Shown: piece by piece, positions 1 to 6,010 of the stretch
How positions within the stretch are numbered: position 1 is the first letter of the stretch
How the letters are laid out: every line of letters starts with the position of its first letter
IMG/VR virus record: IMGVR_UViG_2778261504_000019
Coordinates: 1 to 8,277 of that record
DNA length: 8,277 nucleotides
DNA from: a virus
Taxonomy: Duplodnaviria > Heunggongvirae > Uroviricota > Caudoviricetes
Direction: 5' to 3' (one strand)
Made by a program: the position numbers and the translations under genes
Notes under the pieces: generated by a model
Databases searched by the model: none
What the model was told of the DNA's origin: nothing
The model's input: only the letters and a program-made list of their open reading frames with translations

Positions 1-335
1 ATTTAGTGGTGACATTGGCTTGTATATTCTTTATTAGTGCATGTAAACCATCAGATAATTATGTTATTTCTTTAGGGGAAGACTTAGTTAAAGATAAACT
101 TATTGATCCTGATAGTGCAAAGTTTAATTCTTTTTTCCATAAGTCAGGTGATTTATATGGCTATGTTTGTGGAGATGTCAATTCAAAAAACACGTTTGGT
201 GGATATACAGGGAAGAAACCATATTTTGTTTATTTGGAAGTTGTGGACGGAAAAGTTAAGAGTCATGGAACTGTAACAATTGTTAATGACCATGACCCGG
301 GCGGTATGGAAAAATATAAGTTGTTTTGCCAATAA
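1..335 (+). CDS. Putative small lipoprotein of unknown function, moron-like accessory gene, probably 5'-truncated by the window edge
   Basis: ORF in frame 6..335 with stop TAA at 333-335; the frame is open back to position 3. The N-terminus VTLACIFFISAC-K is a hydrophobic h-region ending in a lipobox-like I-S-A-C with +2 Lys, but no basic n-region is visible, so the true start is probably upstream of the window. By eye the region is about one-third GC against roughly 55% for the rest. Followed directly by an intrinsic terminator. I do not recognise the mature ~96-aa product. Confidence 0.6.
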   Translation, partial: LVVTLACIFFISACKPSDNYVISLGEDLVKDKLIDPDSAKFNSFFHKSGDLYGYVCGDVNSKNTFGGYTGKKPYFVYLEVVDGKVKSHGTVTIVNDHDPGGMEKYKLFCQ

Positions 336-345
336 TTATCATCTT

Positions 346-370
346 AAAAAACCGCAGAAGCGGTTTTTTT
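346..370 (+). terminator. Rho-independent terminator, hairpin flanked by an A-tract and a T-tract (potentially bidirectional)
   Basis: AAAAAACCGC-AGAA-GCGGTTTTTTT: 4 GC pairs extended by A:T pairs, 4-nt loop, then a run of 7 T; located 11 nt after the lipoprotein stop and 15 nt before the tape measure ATG. Confidence 0.7.
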
Positions 371-384
371 ATGGGTTAAAGTAA

Positions 385-3300
385 ATGGCGACATTACGTG
401 AACTGATTATTAAAATCTCGGCAAACTCCCGGTCATTCCAGTCAGAGATCGCCCGGGCTTCGCGTATGGGGCAGGATTACTACCGTACCATGCAGAACGG
501 AGGCCGGCAGTCCGCTGCTGCATCCCGTGAAATGCGGCGTGCACTGGCAGAAGTGACGGATCAGATAAATACAGCTAAATCTTCGGCACTGAATATGGCG
601 GGGGCATTTGCCGGGGCTTTTGCTACCGGTCATCTTATTTCTCTCGCCGATGAGTGGAATTCAGTAAATGCCCGTCTGAAGCAGGCCTCACAGTCCAGTG
701 ATGATTTTCAGGTATCACAACGTGAATTAATGGCGATCAGCCAGAGAACGGGGACGGCGTTTTCTGATAACGCCAGCCTTTTTGCCCGTTCTGCAGCTTC
801 CATGCGGGAGTATGGCTACAGTTCTGAGGAGGTACTGAAAGTCACCGAGGCGATCTCCACGGGCCTGAAATTATCCGGTGCCAGTACAGCAGAAGCCAGT
901 TCGGTGATCACGCAGTTCAGTCAGGCACTGGCGCAGGGAGTGCTGCGCGGTGAAGAGTTTAACTCGGTGAATGAGAACGGCGATCGTGTTATTCGTGCGC
1001 TGGCTGCGGGAATGGGGGTTGCCCGTAAGGATCTGAAGGCCATGGCGGATAACGGAAAGTTGACCGCCGATAAGGTTGTTCCTGCACTGATTAGTCAGCT
1101 TGGGGCATTACGTGATGAATATGCGGCAATGCCTGATACGGTTTCATCCTCTGCAACCAAAGTTGAAAACGCCTTTATGGCCTGGGTTGGTGGTGCGAAC
1201 GAGGCAAGCGGAGTGACGAAGACGCTCTCCGGTGTGCTGAATGGTATTGCAGGCAATATTGACACCGTGGCAACCGCTGCCGGTGCTCTGGTTGCCGTCG
1301 GGGTAGCCCGATATTTTGGCAATATGGCGTCGTCTGCTGGATCTGCAACTGCCGGATTAATTACTGCAGCCAGAAACGAAGTGGCTCTTGCTGAAGCGCA
1401 ACTTCGGGGGACACAGATAGCAACCGCCAGGGCGCGTGCGGCGGTTTATCGTGCGCAACAGGCGGTTGTTGCTGCTCGCGGTACCGAAAGGCAGGCAGCC
1501 GCAGAAGCGAAACTGGCTGCTGCCCAGGCATCACTTACCCGTAATATTGCGGCCAGAACAGCGGCACAGACAACGCTGAATACTGTCACGTCAGTGGGGA
1601 GTCGTCTGTTAAGTGGTGCGCTGGGGTTGGTTGGTGGTGTGCCGGGACTCGTCATGCTGGGGGCGACGGCCTGGTACACGATGTATCAGAATCAGGAGCA
1701 GGCCAGAGAATCTGCACGCCAGTATGCCGCAACAATCGACGAAATTCGCCAGAAAACGTCGGCAATGTCGCTTCCTGAAGCGTCAGATAATGAGGAAAAG
1801 ACGCGGCAGGCACTTGATGAGCAAAACAGGTTAATTGACGAGCAGAAAAGTAAGATTAAATCCTTACAGGAAAAAATTGCTGGCTATCAGTATGTGCTGG
1901 CAAACCCGGGCTGGACAACCGATAACGGTTTTATGATTAACCACATGACGTCGGTAAAAACTGTCACAGAAGGGCTTGCAGAAGCAACAAATCAACTGGC
2001 AGTTGAACAGTCCCGTCTCACACAAATGCAGGGCAAAGCGCAATCCATTCAGGATGTGCTTGCCGGGCTGGAGGAGCGGCGGGTTGCGTTGATCCGTCAA
2101 CAGGCAGCGGAACAAAACAAAGCGTATCAGTCCATGTTGATCATGAATGGGCAGCATACCGAGTTTAATCGCCTTCTCGGGCTTGGTAATGAATTACTTC
2201 AGCAGCGACAGGGGCTGGTGAATGTACCGTTACGGCTGCCACAGGCCACCCTGGATGATAAACAGCAGACCGCACTGAATAACAGCGAGCGCGAACTGGC
2301 TCTGTCCCGCCTGAAGGGGGAAGCCCGTGAGCGTGCCCGACTGGGTTATGCTGCGGATGATCTCGGCTTTGTGGGAGAGGCGTATCAGACAGCCAGACAG
2401 AATTATATCAATAACTCACTGGATGCCTGGCGAAATAACCAGGCAAATAAACCCAAAGCGCATAAAAAGACCGAAGCGGAAAAAACAGAAGATATTTATA
2501 AACGGCTGATTAAACAGCAAAAAGAACAAATAGCACTGGCAGGTCAGAATACTGAACTGGCTAAGATGAAATATCAGGTCAGTCAGGGCGAATTATCAAC
2601 CCTGTCAGAAGCGCAGAAAAAAACGCTTTTACAGAATGCGGCACTCATCGACCAGAAAAAGATTCGTGAGCAGCTTGCCGCGTATGAAAGCAGTCTGGCG
2701 GACAGTAATGCCAGCGCCCGGGCATCTGACGACGCGCAGTTGCTGGGATATGGTGAAGGCTCACGGATGCGTGAACGACTCCAGGAAATGTGGAGTATCC
2801 GGCAGGCGTTTGAGCAGAAAAATAACGAGCTGCTGAGACAGTATCAGGCCGGAGAAATTGAAGAAGCCCTGTGGAAACAGGAAAAATCGCTGAATGAAAA
2901 ATATCTGGAAGAGCGTCTCAGCGATCAGCAGGATTATTATGCAAAGGCTGATGCTTTACGCAGTGACTGGAATGCCGGACTCCAGGAGGGGCTGACGAAC
3001 TGGGCAGACAGTGCCACCGATTATGCTTCGCAGGCGGCAGATGCTGTCGTTTCCACTATGGACGGGCTGGTATCAAATATTTCCGATGCACTGGCCGGAA
3101 ATGTTGTGGACTGGCGAAACTGGGGGAGTTCAATCCTCCAGGAAGTTTCAAAAATTCTGATGAACGCTGCCATCGTTAACGGGCTGAAGTCACTTTCCAA
3201 AAGCATGTCCGGTGCCGGAGGATGGCTTGGTACGGTCGGCGACTGGCTTTCCGGTGCAGTGGCAAACGCAAAAGGTGGTGTTTACACATCGGCAAATCTG

Positions 3301-3624
3301 AGTGCTTACAGTAACACTATTGTGGATACACCGACGTATTTTGCTTTTGCGAAAGGTGCCGGGCTGATGGGCGAGGCCGGGCCTGAAGCTATCATGCCAC
3401 TGACACGGGCAGCGGACGGCTCTCTTGGGGTCAGAGCCATTGGCAATGTGAATGGTGGCGGGGGATTTGTTTATTCTCCCGTGTATCACATCAGTATTCA
3501 GAATAAAGGGAGCAATGGCGAGATAGATACGCAGTCAGCCAGGGGGCTGGTGGATCTGATCGACAGCAGGGTTGTGTCAATTATGCAGTCATCACGTCGG
3601 GACGGAGGATTATGCAGTGCCTGA
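385..3624 (+). CDS. Phage tail tape measure protein (tail length determinant), lambda gpH-like C-terminus
   Basis: 1079-aa ORF; ATG at 385 is the first in-frame start after a TAA at 382-384. Long Ala/Gln/Glu/Lys-rich helical regions, a Gly-rich hydrophobic segment (SGALGLVGGVPGLVMLGATAWYTMY, about nt 1612-1690), and a C-terminus (...FAFAKGAGLMGEAGPEAIMPLTRAADGSLGVRAIG...RRDGGLCSA) that I recall as resembling the C-terminus of lambda gpH. Position immediately upstream of M-L-K-I-J. Confidence 0.9.
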   Translation: MATLRELIIKISANSRSFQSEIARASRMGQDYYRTMQNGGRQSAAASREMRRALAEVTDQINTAKSSALNMAGAFAGAFATGHLISLADEWNSVNARLKQASQSSDDFQVSQRELMAISQRTGTAFSDNASLFARSAASMREYGYSSEEVLKVTEAISTGLKLSGASTAEASSVITQFSQALAQGVLRGEEFNSVNENGDRVIRALAAGMGVARKDLKAMADNGKLTADKVVPALISQLGALRDEYAAMPDTVSSSATKVENAFMAWVGGANEASGVTKTLSGVLNGIAGNIDTVATAAGALVAVGVARYFGNMASSAGSATAGLITAARNEVALAEAQLRGTQIATARARAAVYRAQQAVVAARGTERQAAAEAKLAAAQASLTRNIAARTAAQTTLNTVTSVGSRLLSGALGLVGGVPGLVMLGATAWYTMYQNQEQARESARQYAATIDEIRQKTSAMSLPEASDNEEKTRQALDEQNRLIDEQKSKIKSLQEKIAGYQYVLANPGWTTDNGFMINHMTSVKTVTEGLAEATNQLAVEQSRLTQMQGKAQSIQDVLAGLEERRVALIRQQAAEQNKAYQSMLIMNGQHTEFNRLLGLGNELLQQRQGLVNVPLRLPQATLDDKQQTALNNSERELALSRLKGEARERARLGYAADDLGFVGEAYQTARQNYINNSLDAWRNNQANKPKAHKKTEAEKTEDIYKRLIKQQKEQIALAGQNTELAKMKYQVSQGELSTLSEAQKKTLLQNAALIDQKKIREQLAAYESSLADSNASARASDDAQLLGYGEGSRMRERLQEMWSIRQAFEQKNNELLRQYQAGEIEEALWKQEKSLNEKYLEERLSDQQDYYAKADALRSDWNAGLQEGLTNWADSATDYASQAADAVVSTMDGLVSNISDALAGNVVDWRNWGSSILQEVSKILMNAAIVNGLKSLSKSMSGAGGWLGTVGDWLSGAVANAKGGVYTSANLSAYSNTIVDTPTYFAFAKGAGLMGEAGPEAIMPLTRAADGSLGVRAIGNVNGGGGFVYSPVYHISIQNKGSNGEIDTQSARGLVDLIDSRVVSIMQSSRRDGGLCSA
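3546..3553 (+). other. Chi motif 5'-GCTGGTGG-3' (RecBCD recombination hotspot octamer)
   Basis: Exact octamer match read directly in the sequence, inside the 3' end of the tape measure gene. Confidence 0.5.
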
Positions 3625-3958
3625 GTCTGAAGTTTTTAACTGGATCCCCCGCGAGGGGATGGAGACGACACGAAAGCCATCTGTTATTACAGTAAAGTTC
3701 GGTGACGGATATGAACAGCGACGGGCTGGTGGTCTGAATGCGGATCTGAAAACCTTTAAACCGGTATTTCGTGTCACAGATGAATATTCCCGCGCCGCGC
3801 TGGACAGTTTTTTATCCCGTCATGCCGGGATGCGTGCTTTTTTGTGGCGCCCGCCAAAACACAACAGGACTGTCAGGGTTGTCTGCAGGGAGTGGAGTAC
3901 TTCGGATAATGCCATGTATACCGATTTTAACTGTACCTTTGAAGAGGTCACTCACTGA
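3617..3958 (+). CDS. M: Phage minor tail protein M (tail tip complex)
   Basis: Frame open 3572..3958. The product contains KFGDGYEQR...GLNADLKTF...FLWRPP, which aligns with lambda gpM as I recall it (RFGDGYSQR...GLNANLKTY...FLWTPP) at similar length. Start chosen as GTG 3617 because GGAGG at 3604-3608 gives 8-nt spacing and it overlaps the tape measure stop; ATG 3659 has no usable spacing. Stop TGA overlaps the L start (TGATG). Confidence 0.75.
   Translation: MPESEVFNWIPREGMETTRKPSVITVKFGDGYEQRRAGGLNADLKTFKPVFRVTDEYSRAALDSFLSRHAGMRAFLWRPPKHNRTVRVVCREWSTSDNAMYTDFNCTFEEVTH
3725..3732 (+). other. Chi motif 5'-GCTGGTGG-3' (second copy)
   Basis: Exact octamer match read directly in the sequence, inside gene M. 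Confidence 0.5.
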
Positions 3959-4656
3959 TGCAGGATATACAACAGGAAACACTGAATGAGTGTACAAAAG
4001 CGGAGCAATCCGCACTGGTCGTGCTCTGGGAAGTCGATCTGACCGAAGTCGGTGGCGAGCGTTATTTTTTCTGTAATGAGCAGAACGAAAAAGGTGAGTC
4101 AGTCACCTGGCAGGGGCGACAGTATCAGGCGTACCCTATTCAGGGAAGCGGCTTTGAGATGAACGGCAAAGGAGCCAGTGCAAGACCAACGCTGAAAGTC
4201 TCTAACCTGCACGGCATGGTCACCGGGATGGCGGAAGACCTGCAAAGTCTGGTCGGCGGAACGGTGGTCAGGCGTAAGGTTTACGCCCGTTTTCTGGATG
4301 CGGTGAACTTCGTCAACGGAAACAGTGACGCCGATCCGGAGCAGGAGGTGATCAGCCGCTGGCGCATCGAGCAGTGCAGTGAACTGAGCGCGGTGAGTGC
4401 CTCCTTTGTACTGGCCACGCCGACGGAAACGGATGGCGCTGTTTTTCCGGGGCGTATCATGCTGGCCAACACCTGCACCTGGACCTATCGCGGTGATGAG
4501 TGCGGTTATAACGGTCCGGCTGTCGCGGATGAATATGACCAGCCGACGTCCGATATCACGAAGGATAAATGCAGCAAATGCCTGAGTGGCTGTAAGTTTC
4601 GCAATAACGTCGGCAACTTTGGCGGCTTCCTTTCCATTAACAAACTTTCGCAGTAA
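3958..4656 (+). CDS. L: Phage minor tail protein L (tail tip complex, Fe-S cluster-binding)
   Basis: 232-aa ORF (MQDIQQETLNECTKAEQSALVVLWEVDLTEVGGERYFFCNEQNEKGE...) that matches lambda gpL in length and, from memory, nearly residue for residue. C-terminal cysteine cluster CTWTYRGDECGY...CSKCLSGC. ATG overlaps the M stop. Confidence 0.93.
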   Translation: MQDIQQETLNECTKAEQSALVVLWEVDLTEVGGERYFFCNEQNEKGESVTWQGRQYQAYPIQGSGFEMNGKGASARPTLKVSNLHGMVTGMAEDLQSLVGGTVVRRKVYARFLDAVNFVNGNSDADPEQEVISRWRIEQCSELSAVSASFVLATPTETDGAVFPGRIMLANTCTWTYRGDECGYNGPAVADEYDQPTSDITKDKCSKCLSGCKFRNNVGNFGGFLSINKLSQ

Positions 4657-4661
4657 ATCCC

Positions 4662-5405
4662 ATGACACAGACAGAATCAGCGATTCTGGCGCACGCCCGG
4701 CGATGTGCGCCAGCGGAGTCGTGCGGCTTCGTGGTGAGAACGCCGGAAGGGGAAAGATATTTTCCCTGCGTGAATATCTCCGGTGAGCCGGAGGAGTATT
4801 TCCGGATGTCGCCGGAGGACTGGCTGCGGGCAGAGATGCAGGGTGAGATTGTGGCGCTGGTCCACAGCCACCCCGGTGGTCTGCCCTGGCTGAGTGAGGC
4901 TGACCGGCGGCTGCAGGTGCAGAGTGATTTGCCGTGGTGGCTGGTCTGCCGGGGTGAGATTCATAAATTCCGCTGTGTGCCGCATCTCACCGGGCGGCGC
5001 TTTGAGCACGGGGTGACGGACTGTTACACGCTGTTCCGGGATGCTTACCATCTGGCGGGGATTGAGATGCCGGATTTTCATCGTGAGGATGACTGGTGGC
5101 GTCACGGTCAGAATCTCTATCTGGATAATCTGGAGGCAACGGGGCTATATCAGCTGCCGTTGTCAGCGGCGCAGCCGGGCGATGTGCTGCTGTGCTGTTT
5201 TGGTTCATCGGTGCCGAATCATGCCGCCATTTACTGTGGTGACGGCGAGCTGCTGCACCATATTCCTGAACAACTGAGCAAACGAGAGAGGTATACCGAC
5301 AAATGGCAGCGACGCACACACTCCCTCTGGCGTCACCGGGCATGGCACGCATCTGCCTTTACGGGGATTTGCAACGATTTGGCCGCCGCATCGACCTTCG
5401 TGTGA
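4662..5405 (+). CDS. K: Phage tail tip assembly protein K, two-domain protein (N-terminal MPN/JAMM metalloprotease-like, C-terminal NlpC/P60 cysteine peptidase-like)
   Basis: 247-aa ORF starting 5 nt after the L stop. JAMM-type motif HSHPGGLPWLSEAD. Downstream Cys (GVTDCYTLF) and His (VPNHAAIY) fit an NlpC/P60 catalytic pair. Sequence matches lambda gpK as I recall it. Confidence 0.9.
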   Translation: MTQTESAILAHARRCAPAESCGFVVRTPEGERYFPCVNISGEPEEYFRMSPEDWLRAEMQGEIVALVHSHPGGLPWLSEADRRLQVQSDLPWWLVCRGEIHKFRCVPHLTGRRFEHGVTDCYTLFRDAYHLAGIEMPDFHREDDWWRHGQNLYLDNLEATGLYQLPLSAAQPGDVLLCCFGSSVPNHAAIYCGDGELLHHIPEQLSKRERYTDKWQRRTHSLWRHRAWHASAFTGICNDLAAASTFV

Positions 5406-5950
5406 AAACGGGGGCCGAAGCCATCCGGGCACTGGCCACACAGCTCCCGGCGTTTCGTCAGAAACTGAGCGACGGCTGGTATCAGGTACGCATTGCCGGG
5501 CGTGATGCAGGTGAAACTGAATTATCAGCCCGTCTTAATGAACCGCTGGCAAATGGTGCCGTGATCCACATTGTGCCGCGTCTGGCGGGAGCCAAAAGTG
5601 GCGGTGTGTTTCAGGCGGTGCTGGGGGCGGCGCTGATTGCGGTGGCATGGTGGAACCCCGCAGGTTGGTTGGGGGCTGCCGCAATTACAGGAATGTATGG
5701 TGCGGGGGCCAGTATGATCCTTGGCGGTGTGGCCCAGATGCTGGCCCCTAAACCCAGAACTCCCCGCACACAGACAACGGATAACGGTAAGCAGAACACG
5801 TATTTCTCGTCACTGGACAACATGGTTGCCCAGGGCAATGTTCTGCCTGTTCTGTACGGTGAAATGCGCGTGGGGTCACGGGTGGTTTCTCAGGAGATCA
5901 GCACGGCAGACGAGGGGGATGGTGGTCAGGTTGTGGTGATTGGTCGCTGA
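5303..5950 (+). CDS. I: Phage tail assembly protein I
   Basis: 215-aa ORF (MAATHTLPLASPGMARICLYGDLQRFGRRIDLRVKTGAEAIRALATQLPAFRQKLSDGWYQVRIAG...QVVVIGR). N- and C-terminal regions match lambda gpI as recalled. Starts 103 nt inside the 3' end of K in another frame. Possible SD GAGAGG about 12-14 nt upstream. Confidence 0.9.
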   Translation: MAATHTLPLASPGMARICLYGDLQRFGRRIDLRVKTGAEAIRALATQLPAFRQKLSDGWYQVRIAGRDAGETELSARLNEPLANGAVIHIVPRLAGAKSGGVFQAVLGAALIAVAWWNPAGWLGAAAITGMYGAGASMILGGVAQMLAPKPRTPRTQTTDNGKQNTYFSSLDNMVAQGNVLPVLYGEMRVGSRVVSQEISTADEGDGGQVVVIGR

Positions 5951-5968
5951 TGGAACATGTTTTATGTG

Positions 5969-5999
5969 AAACCGCCTGCGGGCGGTTTTATCGTTTATG
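5969..5999 (+). terminator. Terminator-like GC-rich hairpin with U-rich tail in the I-J intergenic spacer (possible attenuator or RNA-stability element)
   Basis: AAACCGCC-TGCG-GGCGGTTT followed by TATCGTTT: 5 GC pairs plus 3 A:T pairs, 4-nt loop. Lies in the 60-nt gap between the I stop (5950) and the J start (6011), just upstream of the J SD (GGAG at 5999-6002). Confidence 0.4.
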
Positions 6000-6010
6000 G
6001 AGCATGACGA

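Noticed and set aside
442-3489. Multiple short ORFs on both strands inside the tape measure gene (e.g. 442..633 -, 1095..1322 -, 1613..1834 +, 1864..2157 -, 2327..2509 +, 2636..2836 +, 3190..3489 -)
   Set aside because: All are nested within or antisense to the 1079-aa tape measure ORF, are short, and have low-complexity or basic-rich translations without ribosome-binding sites.
3572-3616. The TTG start at 3572 used by the ORF track for gene M
   Set aside because: It would overlap the tape measure gene by about 50 nt and lacks a Shine-Dalgarno. GTG 3617 has GGAGG at ideal spacing and matches where the lambda gpM alignment begins.
3771-4015. Overlapping ORFs 3771..3989 (+) and 3812..4015 (-) spanning the M/L junction
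   Set aside because: They are alternative frames of the M and L coding sequence with no independent support.
4099-5105. Minus-strand ORFs of 189 aa (4099..4668) and 142 aa (4677..5105)
   Set aside because: Both are antisense to the well-supported L and K genes and give Arg/Pro-rich products; they are compositional artefacts.
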